Assembly (NCBI GenBank): GCA_041659325.1
Contig: JBAZYN010000004.1
Coordinates: forward strand, 583-64,582
Length of the DNA: 64,000 nucleotides
Reading direction: 5' to 3'
Source of the DNA: Candidatus Shapirobacteria bacterium
GTDB taxonomy: Bacteria > Patescibacteriota > Microgenomatia > UBA12405
Of the stretch, positions 51,601 to 58,336 are shown in pieces. Below the pieces are notes generated by a model. That model saw only the letters and a program-made list of their open reading frames with translations, did not search any database and was not told where the DNA came from. How positions within the stretch are numbered: the stretch's first letter is position 1; each line of letters opens with the position of its first letter. Made by a program: the position numbers and the translations under genes.

Positions 51601-51934
51601 CACTTATATTAGAGTTCACAGTGATCTGATTGGGGTAGGAAGTCCGACCAAGACTTTTAGTGATTTAACCTTTACTCAAAACGGTTCCGGTGCTCCGGAA
51701 TTTACCGTCACCGAATCCGGAGGCAGCTCCCCGGCCGACGATCGTTACTGGCAGTTTGAAAATTCTGTCTGTAGTTCTTGGGCTTCCTGTGAAGATTCCG
51801 ACCTCGAACAAAACACCAACAGCGGTGGTAGCATCCGTTGGGATGCCATTATTCCTACCAGCCCTATTCTTGATCAGCTTATGCGCCACGGCCAGTGGTT
51901 TTTTGGCGGTCTCAAACAGCCGTTTACTTTTTAA
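42626..51934 (+). CDS. Giant (3102 aa) secreted adhesin-like protein with Gly-rich domain, DUF2341 and parallel beta-helix
   Basis: ATG 42626 overlaps the upstream TAA; signal peptide; WGGGGAGG Gly-rich region (~44400-45000); DUF2341 WEYRRPI...DDIRITD...IYVYYGN (~47590-47920); Asn-rich beta-helix (~49930-50730). Confidence 0.85.
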   Translation: MKIFSPLPKLKKTLSLFLLTGLVFFSFLSTPTLLAQDAAPAISVDPAVSISPPSPESYSDSPEANNSARLRPSFKLETYDTNPVFSKSKPEFKLVSGTKFKPRIKVYNNSKQEIDIELVEKVDKGDVVYSFNQATEIPPGKYTITFQDDLGGEISKDFYWGVLAINFNKSVYNPLENGYISLAVLDETGDMVCDAKLALIVEEPDGSVEELTTDDGRIKVNPECQVHGFTEKPDYETEYAFSENPGTYKFHLVAETKNGSYSITDQVQVAENLPIEVDRVMATRIYPPHPYTATINLKANEDFIGIVTETVPSSFIITKAANTEILPYKTIVEDKNSKTKKITWNLDLKPGEDVTIGYRYDIPDISPEFYLVGPIKFTDYSGTVDFFTETRQWQLAADAVAPVKIRQEINIINGLVTAAGVDAAIVNLDTAKYNSATYYFEVIAKVSAGTLTVNLSTGNTNTVGIGISDTSFVRVRSAFTPESGSFDYRLNLVNGTSPQVKAARIIILQSATTITATQTQIEIGNLEIGLSMATTAPLTSPKYWKYDSALWDGTKTFDISVSYKAGVGVTAGSQTFTVAGINTFTPPGGITSVKVECWGGGGAGGSSNTTTDGCGGGGGGAYSNKLNVGVTAGIGYTAFVGVGGTYRSQAKGGDGAASYFRNSVGVTVVSAAGGIGGTSQASSNPGAGGAGGNSTVGVGDTKWSGGTGGRGYNASAGQGGPGGSSAGIGTTGRSGPDPWSTRVASAGPTGSGIGGSGGPAGNSGAAPASGNGGGGGGSGDVATSVGGNGAGGKVVVTWAAIDNAVSIYLQEDNGSFAGWTNVVTVLSGGTATVPTSVGITNFTPTTGRNYRLVANTGLSPFDIYNAKIIVNQTSATTIDKLVPQYLLLNTKSTTTGSALGYQSLWTTDEWGRTTNTYLHAFDSIGGGTTATVKLVDIDAGNAELTNSAIGGTNQVISNGITMPTSGHQIDTWLTAAGTEVDASRILVQVDVTAVQNPTVVLNSLDNGATTTDTTPTLDFTGTSAYGDSVRYNIQIATNDLFSSSIITQTSVLSQGTETDASSYDTASISPGANKLVLLAVASRVAGGGNNTPTASGVGMSWDLVTTVQEPGSWNRISLLRAMSPSPSSGAITISFGGQTQTAVNWQISEFSNVDTSGTNGASAIGQSQTNTGASVTSLTVTLGAFQSTNNATYGAMISEVASPINQGTGFTEVYDLSVTDSALETEWKDSNDTSVDWSFTQGRVGGIAVEIKAAPSALDKVSGTDVGFSGSPDNTDPFTSAQAVNYTVEEGDSLAVGTYYWRVRGIDPDGSNAYGSWSDTRNFVVSMAANVTISGNIYTTETATAYNCSSTNLTVRAIVEGAGVGTTGICTSGGGAFLIQNITVGDTGHVITLYLDGESEKATSITKVASTSIGFTLPLYQNRVYLSHQNDGPITNADIDKYDSANDADIQYTSNGVGLTVTPGSKIVIALGKTYTPGGSIDTPSIGIGGTFNPESNTVNLTGSGSSITCTDAPGTVMPLCNSGTFNQSTSTINYNGTSASAIAALTFNNLGVGISSEAGVGTTYTFTGNVTVGGIFSIGNILSSNIDVVNASSHTLTLTQADTPLNATPKGALAPGSSTVVYTASADTSVATVDYYNLSLAPASGTPTYTLLNVWEYRRPIAITNASGGDLTDFQVSFTLDTTDSTRFQPDCDDIRITDSSGITILPHWIEENNPGCGNASTKIWTKVPSIPTAGTTIYVYYGNPIASSSQNGTSVFEFFDDFSGDSLDTQKWTKVNGSTPVLASGTLAITATADPGKLIASAGPNGDNYILKARFMVTGGSADDERLGLSVKTNTSSGAGYNLVFRGFTNLSTVQFLHDAVEWGSADTVNWAKDTYYTEEIYHDGTNVKGRFNDGSWYSWPRSGISGYLAINFASFNGTTSIWDYAVIRKAASTEPSSSVQAEQGVTNTDILTVHNDFSTSGAGTVTVNVETNNSATLDINGDFTLASGDTFLAPPTTSIAGGYTNNGTFTANSGKVTFDGTGSNTLSGYMNVGSGSTSPFYKVVFSGIGGSWTIADPIKIGATNATDTLLINAGVVTLGNGNGDDMEVDGKMNIGSTVGLAIFQTMDGLAQGSVINLDINSNTAPFNCTNCLVQVGTADNTAPQGTFVINENTNLRLNSFSSIQSGLDIYASGKITIRGLQSDTGADSGTDTTSAATRESKVCVVKPGWENDSHNNKNLRITSGLAFGKIYTISDTITNDSDCASDTDESLTINDTSVPSGASTAVVSSITTVLSQRWVCSNATTYISADNKEIGRYLHDLSGVTGYYKIVDSTNNDATNCSGNDRFRIMADPAAEFASLQTSDTFKIVDGIRSDDTFEIIDYASITAQNGVACNSSFNGYILGRNRSEVDIQYSDICNMGASDEYKTGIMLGYSSAGTDGSLQNEGFAISKSRIRNGHNGIVFYYADNNSGAKGISDNYISGHASFGIDFYYGADNNSVTSNTVCGNFQNIYFRNNSNNNTVSSNIICEATTFAGIVLYDSLSGNIVSSNTIYNNAQHGIYTGTNAIDNTFSSNTVFGNQLSGITLDSAHMTKVSGNTVNNSQYHGIYIIGGSKGNIISSNNVFGQDAGIYLYNSANNNLLYTNNSYNNAYGLQSGSNSTNNVFFGNDYYSNTSYGSYNNDGFSNNVFYNDSFYGNIFGWIDNGASNLNNILINNSFGVGTENGFYDIYQIGSAPHSTHLYSSTVNSTVEADGIIYPGSSIISRSHDGVAGATKIWGEYSTSSNNSETPQDEGLERYNYADSSWPDSITDPGFSGIGTSDTDLNLGFAGGTLGGGTSAAFVYRVYCTVTNCVTSPNSWGVERDGIGLGTSASSGVGYTDPGTNISFKIDDSGTDFALGDTYTFVAFRGSTDTNTQKTITMAQDGDLINVGAGTTLRAIGVGGSHTLITRGGSGGYHINVAGTLDASYYTLSYLGGTDGNLGLDLQSGSLITNLANGVFDNFQDVGSSDTYIRVHSDLIGVGSPTKTFSDLTFTQNGSGAPEFTVTESGGSSPADDRYWQFENSVCSSWASCEDSDLEQNTNSGGSIRWDAIIPTSPILDQLMRHGQWFFGGLKQPFTF

Positions 51935-51969
51935 ACTTGTGACCCAACCAAGAATAGTCTAATATTTGA

Positions 51970-52656
51970 ATGATGAATAAAATTGTTCCTCTGGTAGCAA
52001 AAATAATCGGAATATTGGTATTTATCGGATCAATCGTCGGTATGGTCTATTTTTACAACAAGTCAAAAAATGTAGAAATCCAAAACCCCGGAGAAATCGA
52101 GGAAATGGTGAAAACCCTCTCCGTATTTATGGAACTTCCCGATGAGATCCCGACTCTCGCCACCGTTACCGATACCACAAAATTAGAAAGTGAAACATTT
52201 TTCAAAAATGCCCAAAACGGGGACAAAGTATTGATTTTCCCTAACTCTACAAAAGCAATTCTTTATCGCCCTTCTACCAAAAAAGTTATTGAAGTCTCAA
52301 GCGTTATGGTTTCCGGCAGTCAGCCTGCGGCACCTCAACCGACCATTAGCCCCACTTCGCTTACCAGTTCCTCAAACCTTACCATTGCCCTGTACAATGG
52401 TACCGAGGAAGCCGGATTGGCAAAAAGTCTGGACAAAGATATTTTTAGTAAAACTCAAAATTACAAGGTAACAATTATTGCTGATGCCCAAAAAAACAGT
52501 TACGAGGATACCCTGGTCATCGACATCAGCGGTAAAAATCAGGAAATCGCCCAAGCTCTTGCCCAAAGTCTTTCCGCTGTTTTAGGCCCTCTCCCCTTAG
52601 GCGAACAAAAACCAGATACCGATATTTTGATAATTATCGGGAAAAATCACCCCTAA
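51970..52656 (+). CDS. Membrane protein with LytR C-terminal-like domain
   Basis: N-terminal TM; LPDEIPTLATV...FFKNAQNGDKVL; IALYNGT..AGLA...DILIIIG. Confidence 0.75.
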   Translation: MMNKIVPLVAKIIGILVFIGSIVGMVYFYNKSKNVEIQNPGEIEEMVKTLSVFMELPDEIPTLATVTDTTKLESETFFKNAQNGDKVLIFPNSTKAILYRPSTKKVIEVSSVMVSGSQPAAPQPTISPTSLTSSSNLTIALYNGTEEAGLAKSLDKDIFSKTQNYKVTIIADAQKNSYEDTLVIDISGKNQEIAQALAQSLSAVLGPLPLGEQKPDTDILIIIGKNHP

Positions 52657-52666
52657 TCTTGTCTAC

Positions 52667-53218
52667 ATGAAAATCCACAAAATTAGCCGTCTTGTTTCAA
52701 TCAGCGGAATAATCATATTAGCGGTAGCTTTATTTATTTTTGTCATTTCAAAGCCCTCTATCGGGAAAATCAACCCACCTCAAACCGACCACACGACCGA
52801 ACTGCTTCCCACCGAAAAGTGGTATACCGACGACAATATCAATTTTACCTATGGTGCCAAATATGAATTAAGAGCCGTAAAAGCCGGCTCCGGCAATCAG
52901 CCAGAGGTTATCAACTTACTTGGTACAAAAGGGGACTCATCCATGTGGACTATTACCATCAAAAAAATTGATTATACCGATTTATCCGAAGTCTCCGGAG
53001 TCCAGCTTCGTAGAATTAAATCCGAGGATTATCTTGAAAAAAATCTGGAAATCGATCAAACTAGCGGATTATTTTTTAAAAAGATAAGCAGTAGTGAATT
53101 TACCGCCCTGGCCATAAAAAACGGCAAACTTATCACCATGGCTCTTACGGTAAACTCCAATGATACCGGAAAAGAGGCGGAGTTTCTGAGTTTTATTAAA
53201 ACTCTGAGAATCAATTAA
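52667..53218 (+). CDS. Membrane-anchored hypothetical protein (possibly PsbP-like fold)
   Basis: N-terminal TM; NFTY pattern and C-terminal FLSFIKTLRI. Confidence 0.5.
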   Translation: MKIHKISRLVSISGIIILAVALFIFVISKPSIGKINPPQTDHTTELLPTEKWYTDDNINFTYGAKYELRAVKAGSGNQPEVINLLGTKGDSSMWTITIKKIDYTDLSEVSGVQLRRIKSEDYLEKNLEIDQTSGLFFKKISSSEFTALAIKNGKLITMALTVNSNDTGKEAEFLSFIKTLRIN

Positions 53219-53243
53219 AACGATTTTGCAAAAAAACGCATAA

Positions 53244-54137
53244 ATGATTACCTATCAGGTTGTCCAGGGTATCGATGTTTGCCACAAGTTATGGCAAAAA
53301 TATTCCTCGAACCTTCATCTGAGCCAACTTTGGAATTACCGCCTTTGTTTTCACCGGGGATACCAGAGTCAACCCCACTTTATAGTTGCCTATGAGGATT
53401 CAATTCCTCTCGGCTTTATCCCCCTAGAATTTTATCCCGAAAATGATGTTTACCAACTTTTCGGTGGTGGTGACTGGAATGAAAAGCTAGATTTGTATAT
53501 GGGCCAAAAAATTTCCGACAAAGATTTATCCCAAATGGTGAAATTAATTCCTCAAAACCATAAAGTTATTTTTCTCTCGCCGGACTCTAAATTTATCAAA
53601 CCTTTTGAACCCACTTACTACATCAGCCTCAAAGACTTTCCCACCCCCGAATCTCTATTAGCCAACATGGACAAAAAACATCGCAAAAATCTCCGTCTCG
53701 AGTTTAACAAAATCGACCAAAACAAAGTTGATCTAAAATTCGGCGATACCGATATTATCGACAGTATCGTCAAGTTTAACCAGGAAAGATTCGGCCAAGA
53801 ATCATCCTTCGGTAGCCCCGGTTTTGATACCACTTTCAAGCTTCTTCTCTCCGAAGCATCACTCATTGACATTATCAAAACTATTTCTATTTATATAAAC
53901 GGTCATCTTGAGGCTGCTGCTGTTTGCGCCAATTATCATCAAACATTTACCTATCTCCAGGGTGGTAGTAATCCGCACATAAACAACCTCGGGAAATATC
54001 TTAATTATCAGGTTATAAAAATGGGGTACGACCAAAAACCAACCATTATTGATCTTTTATCCGATGATTGTGGTTGGAAAACTCATTGGCGCTCCGCGGT
54101 TGGCATGACCTATCAGCTTGACTTGTCAAAATTGTAA
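53244..54137 (+). CDS. GNAT-family acetyltransferase (Acetyltransf_6/FemAB-like)
   Basis: LGFIPL, MDKKHRKNLR, YLQGG, LGKYL and WKTHW. Confidence 0.7.
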   Translation: MITYQVVQGIDVCHKLWQKYSSNLHLSQLWNYRLCFHRGYQSQPHFIVAYEDSIPLGFIPLEFYPENDVYQLFGGGDWNEKLDLYMGQKISDKDLSQMVKLIPQNHKVIFLSPDSKFIKPFEPTYYISLKDFPTPESLLANMDKKHRKNLRLEFNKIDQNKVDLKFGDTDIIDSIVKFNQERFGQESSFGSPGFDTTFKLLLSEASLIDIIKTISIYINGHLEAAAVCANYHQTFTYLQGGSNPHINNLGKYLNYQVIKMGYDQKPTIIDLLSDDCGWKTHWRSAVGMTYQLDLSKL

Positions 54138-54174
54138 ATATTTTACTTTCCGGCATTAATGTTAATATTATTTA

Positions 54175-55122
54175 ATGCCTGTGTTTATTAGCTTTTTGAT
54201 ATTCATTGCCTCTCTTCTAGGCCTCTGGCTCTCCTCCGAAATAATTCTTAGCTCTGTTGGTCGCCTTTCAACCAGGCTCAGACTTCCCCCATTTGTTGTC
54301 TCTTTTTTTATCCTCGGTTTTCTTAGCTCATTACCCGAATTGAGCATTGGTGTCAATTCAATCATTAACAAGACGCCCGATATTTTTGTCGGTAACTTAT
54401 CCGGTGCCTCTATCGTCCTTTTTTTGTTTATCATCCCGCTTTTGGCGATTTTGGGTGATGGGATTATCCTTTCTCGCCAGTTACCCAAGAACAAATTAAT
54501 TCTCTCCATCCTGGCGATAATCTCCCCGTTTCTTTTGATCCTTGACGGATTCCTAAGTTATTTTGATGCCTTTGCTTTGGTGGCTGCCTATTTCCTTCTT
54601 ATCTCCTCCATCAAGCACAAAAGGCGTCTTTTCAGAAAAATAATTACCAAAAAAATAAAAAATGTCAGCTTTAACCCAATTGCTGAATTAATTAAGGTTC
54701 TTATCGGTGCTGTTCTGATTTATATTTTCAGCAAAGTCTTGGTCGACCAAACAGTCTTTTTTGCCCGGCTGTTCCATGCCCCGGTCCTTATTATCAGCTT
54801 TTTACTTTTATCACTCGGCACCAATTTACCCGAGCTGGTTATCGCCATCAATGCCGTAATTAGCCACCAAAAGGAGGTTGCCTTTGGCAACTACGTCGGT
54901 TCCGCCGCTGTAAATACCCTTCTCTTTGGTATTCTGACCTTTGCAAACGGGGAATTTACAGTTACCGGCAACGGTTTCTTGGTTAACTTAATTGTTTTTT
55001 CCTTTGGCCTTTTATTGTTTTATCGTTTTTCTACTACCAAAAATGATATTTGCCGCAAAGAAGGTTGGATTCTTCTGTCTCTTTATTTGTTTCTGGCACT
55101 AATAAAAATTGTGGAAATATAA
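54175..55122 (+). CDS. Sodium:calcium antiporter (CaCA/YrbG family)
   Basis: Alpha repeats SSLPEL...GNLSGA and GTNLPEL...GNYVGS; ~10 TMs. Confidence 0.9.
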   Translation: MPVFISFLIFIASLLGLWLSSEIILSSVGRLSTRLRLPPFVVSFFILGFLSSLPELSIGVNSIINKTPDIFVGNLSGASIVLFLFIIPLLAILGDGIILSRQLPKNKLILSILAIISPFLLILDGFLSYFDAFALVAAYFLLISSIKHKRRLFRKIITKKIKNVSFNPIAELIKVLIGAVLIYIFSKVLVDQTVFFARLFHAPVLIISFLLLSLGTNLPELVIAINAVISHQKEVAFGNYVGSAAVNTLLFGILTFANGEFTVTGNGFLVNLIVFSFGLLLFYRFSTTKNDICRKEGWILLSLYLFLALIKIVEI

Positions 55123-55131
55123 ACATACAAG

Positions 55132-55443
55132 ATGACAGATCCTCAAAATATCAATCATTCGGTCAAAATTCAGCCTGGATCTGTAGTCAGCAGAGAAATT
55201 ATAAATAAATCCTTCGGCACTGTTACCGTTTTTGCTTTCGACAAAAACCAAGGCCTGAGCGAACACACCGCCCCATTTGACGCTCTCATTATTGCAACTG
55301 AAGGTGCTTGTGAAATTATAGTTTCCGGTGCAAGTCACACTGTCAAGGCCGGTGAGATGTTTTTATTGCCCGCAAACGCCCCACACTCTCTAAAAGCGAT
55401 CAAAGCTTTTAAAATGATCTTGATAATGATTAAATCAGTATAG
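55132..55443 (+). CDS. Cupin domain protein
   Basis: FAFDKNQGLSEHTAP...PANAPHSLKA. Confidence 0.9.
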   Translation: MTDPQNINHSVKIQPGSVVSREIINKSFGTVTVFAFDKNQGLSEHTAPFDALIIATEGACEIIVSGASHTVKAGEMFLLPANAPHSLKAIKAFKMILIMIKSV

Positions 55444-55480
55444 TTACGCCCCTATCAAAAAATAAATAAAATAATAAACT

Positions 55481-55972
55481 ATGAACAAAAAATTTTTATT
55501 TCCTCTCGTTTTTTCTTTAGCCATAATCTTGGGCGGGTGTTTCCCAAAACCCCAAAATCCCTCGCCTGTTATAGACAATCCCCCCACTGTCGAACCATCA
55601 GAAGTTCCGATAGTTGGCGGCGACGCAGACGAGCATGGTTGCATTGGCTCCGCCGGTTATTCCTGGTGCGAAGACAAGGGTAAATGCATTCGAATTTGGG
55701 AAGAAGACTGCGGCTCTGCCTCTGCCATAAAAACTGCCATCGCCAAAAAAGACAACATCACCACAGATTTTACCGTCACCATTAAACACGAAAATACCAA
55801 ATATGCTTCGGGTGGTATTTCTTTTGACGGTAGCGGTGGGGGGATGTTTTTGGCAGCAAAAATAGGGGATGAGTGGCAGATCATCTACTCCGGCAATGGC
55901 AGCATCGACTGCGTCGCTATCAAAAACAATTACGATTTTACCCCCGAGATGTTGCAGGGTTTTTGTGACTGA
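55481..55972 (+). CDS. Lipoprotein with GGD.DEHGC..SAGYSWC Cys motif
   Basis: Lipobox LGGC; VGGDADEHGCIGSAGYSWCEDKGKCIRIWEE. Confidence 0.75.
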   Translation: MNKKFLFPLVFSLAIILGGCFPKPQNPSPVIDNPPTVEPSEVPIVGGDADEHGCIGSAGYSWCEDKGKCIRIWEEDCGSASAIKTAIAKKDNITTDFTVTIKHENTKYASGGISFDGSGGGMFLAAKIGDEWQIIYSGNGSIDCVAIKNNYDFTPEMLQGFCD

Positions 55973-55997
55973 AACGGGATAGAGTTATAATTCTCTT

Positions 55998-56405
55998 ATG
56001 CTCAAAGGATTTAAACAGTTTATTTTAAAAGGCAATGTTGTCGACTTAGCTGTCGGTATTATCATGGGGACTGCTTTTGGTTCTGTGGTTAGCTCTCTGG
56101 TCAAAGGTGTTATCACTCCTTTAATCGGTGCCTTCGGCGGCCAACCCAACTTGTCTTTTATCTCGTTTACTATCAACAATAGTAAATTTTTATTTGGAGA
56201 TTTTCTAAACGCCCTGATCTCTTTCTTGATCAACGCCTTGGTCCTGTATTTTTTTGTCGTTCTTCCTGTCAACAAGCTAAGTGTCCTTACCAAAAAAGAA
56301 AAGTCACTTGATCCCACCAACAAAACTTGTCCCGAATGTTTAAGCAATATCCCAATCAAAGCCAAACGTTGTGCTTTTTGTACATCACTCCAGCCCAAAA
56401 ATTAA
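55998..56405 (+). CDS. mscL: Large-conductance mechanosensitive channel with C-terminal zinc ribbon
   Basis: FKQFILKGNVVDLAVGIIMG, GDFLNALISF and CPEC...CAFC. Confidence 0.95.
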   Translation: MLKGFKQFILKGNVVDLAVGIIMGTAFGSVVSSLVKGVITPLIGAFGGQPNLSFISFTINNSKFLFGDFLNALISFLINALVLYFFVVLPVNKLSVLTKKEKSLDPTNKTCPECLSNIPIKAKRCAFCTSLQPKN

Positions 56406-57350
56406 CCCTCTAAAAAATTCCACATCGCGATTTAGCGCCTCTGCCCAGTGACCGGCAATATTATGGTTATCCCTCTGGTAAGAATACAAAGTTGATTTTT
56501 TCCCGCTTCTAATCAGAGCATCGTTTAGTTGTTTTCCCCAACCAAATGGTACCGATTCGTCGGTTATGCTATGGTGAATAATAACCGGAGCTGTGATCAT
56601 ATTTATATTGTCAAGTGACGATAGCTGCTTTCCATATTTTGTCGTAAGCTCTCTGGCAGAGATTATGTTCAAATCACTGTCGGCATTATGATTTTTCCCA
56701 AAATAGCTCAGGCTTAGGGGATATGACGTTACCGCCGGAGCCCACAGTGATACCCCCCTTATTCTTGCCGAAACTTCGGCCACCTGCAGGACCACATCCC
56801 CGCCCAACGAATGTCCGTAAAGAAATATGAAGTTAGAATTGGCCTCGGGTATCGACTTTACCGCCTCCACTAAATTTAATACATCAACCGCATATTGATT
56901 TCTTGCTACAAGCTGAGTTGGCACCCCCTCCGATTTATCATGACCCCTATAGTCGGGTTTCAGCACCAAAAAACCACTGTTGGCGAAATACGCTGAAGTG
57001 TTTTTATAAGAATCTATTGTCGAAAATTGTCTGGGATTTATATATCCATGGTTTACGATTACCACCGGCCACCCGCCCGCGGGGGCTATTCCTTTTGGTA
57101 TATGCATCAAGCAGTATTGTTTTTGTTCTTCCGACAAATAGGAAACAGTGTATGACCGAAAACCGGTCTGTCCTGTTATTTCTTTTTCAATTTTGATTTT
57201 GCCGTCAGTATTAACTTTATCCATAAGTTTTTCTATCGCATATGAATGCCAATCGGGGTTGTCCGGGACAACGTCCGGAGTATCTCGTATCTGCCGCCAA
57301 ACCATTACCCCGCCTATCAGCAAAAATAATATCACTACCACTCTTCTCAT
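56385..57350 (-). CDS. Alpha/beta hydrolase (S9 peptidase-like)
   Basis: NHGY, DYRGH, GHSLGG, DESVP and HN; N-terminal TM. Confidence 0.88.
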   Translation of the reverse strand: MRRVVVILFLLIGGVMVWRQIRDTPDVVPDNPDWHSYAIEKLMDKVNTDGKIKIEKEITGQTGFRSYTVSYLSEEQKQYCLMHIPKGIAPAGGWPVVIVNHGYINPRQFSTIDSYKNTSAYFANSGFLVLKPDYRGHDKSEGVPTQLVARNQYAVDVLNLVEAVKSIPEANSNFIFLYGHSLGGDVVLQVAEVSARIRGVSLWAPAVTSYPLSLSYFGKNHNADSDLNIISARELTTKYGKQLSSLDNINMITAPVIIHHSITDESVPFGWGKQLNDALIRSGKKSTLYSYQRDNHNIAGHWAEALNRDVEFFRGLIFGLE

Positions 57351-57397
57351 TTTTTCATTATAAAACTTTCTCAGTTAAACTGGGTTACAATACACTT

Positions 57398-58132
57398 ATG
57401 AACATAACAAGCCAAAAAGGAATTATCCTCTGGCCGTTGATATTAGGTACAGCCGTCTTACTTGGTGCTGTCATACTGGTTCACAGCATTACAGAAACTC
57501 AAAAGTCCAAACTCGAAAGTGCTTCCACCACCCCTGTCACCCAAAACGCCTCAACATCTTCTGCCACTCCAGCGGTATCCGGGTCTCAAACAAAAGGTAT
57601 AATCAGTGGCTCCCTTATTTATCCGAGTGAACAAATCCCCCAAGATTTGGGAGTTTGCGCCCAGAGAATCGATAGCCCCGAACTGGTGGTATGCACCAAT
57701 CAAACTAAAGATAGTAAATTTCAATATGGTGTCGGCTACGAACTTTCTCTTGATCCGGGAAACTACTATGTCTATTCATTTCTGGCCAACGCCAAAGCCT
57801 ATTACACCGAGTATGTTTTGTGCGGTCTAAAAGCCGAATGCAAAAGTCACACAAAAATTCCGGTCGTTGTTACCGCCGGCAGTCACCAGGACAATGTTCT
57901 GCCTCACGACTGGTACGATATCGGACCCACCGAAACCTCCACGCCCTCAAATACTCCCACCCCGAATCCAACCACCGTCTCCACCGTCAAGCCGACATTA
58001 AAAATTGTTCCCGTTGTTTCAATTAAGTTAGAAAAAGAAATGATAAATATCCTGCCCACTGCCACCCCCACTCCGATTCCAACTGTAATAATAAAACCCA
58101 TCGAAAAACCCAAGTTTGAATTGAGTTGGTAG
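57398..58132 (+). CDS. Membrane-anchored protein with pilin-like N-terminus
   Basis: QKG|IILWPLIL class-III-like leader; GSLIYPSE..P...VCA; ATG 6 nt after TACAAT. Confidence 0.65.
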   Translation: MNITSQKGIILWPLILGTAVLLGAVILVHSITETQKSKLESASTTPVTQNASTSSATPAVSGSQTKGIISGSLIYPSEQIPQDLGVCAQRIDSPELVVCTNQTKDSKFQYGVGYELSLDPGNYYVYSFLANAKAYYTEYVLCGLKAECKSHTKIPVVVTAGSHQDNVLPHDWYDIGPTETSTPSNTPTPNPTTVSTVKPTLKIVPVVSIKLEKEMINILPTATPTPIPTVIIKPIEKPKFELSW

Positions 58133-58149
58133 AAAAACAGGTTTATCTA

Positions 58150-58183
58150 GCAACGTTTTCCCGATTTATCGGGATTACGTTGC
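58150..58183. terminator. Inverted repeat between a convergent gene and the tRNA
   Basis: GCAACGT-TT-TCCCGAT-TT-ATCGGGA-TT-ACGTTGC; overlaps the tRNA 3' end. Confidence 0.55.
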
Positions 58184-58252
58184 AGGCCCGTATGGAGTCG
58201 AACCATAAATAAGGTTTTGGAGACCTCTGTGATACCATTTCACTACGAGCCT
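58183..58252 (-). tRNA. tRNA-Trp (CCA)
   Basis: Cloverleaf: acceptor AGGCTCG/CGGGCCT, D arm GTGA/TCAC, anticodon arm GAGGT-CTCCAAA-ACCTT, T arm TATGG-TTCGACT-CCATA, discriminator G; CCA end not encoded. Confidence 0.93.
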
Positions 58253-58336
58253 AGGTTCTAGAATCTTATTTTACCGCAAAAAGCTACATAAATCCGCTCT
58301 AAACCACCATTTTGCCTTTTTTGTTATAATCGGCCC

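Noticed and set aside
41322-51934. Prophage tail module or DGR target
   Set aside because: The proteins have Sec signal peptides, and I saw no capsid, terminase, integrase, reverse transcriptase or TR/VR pair.
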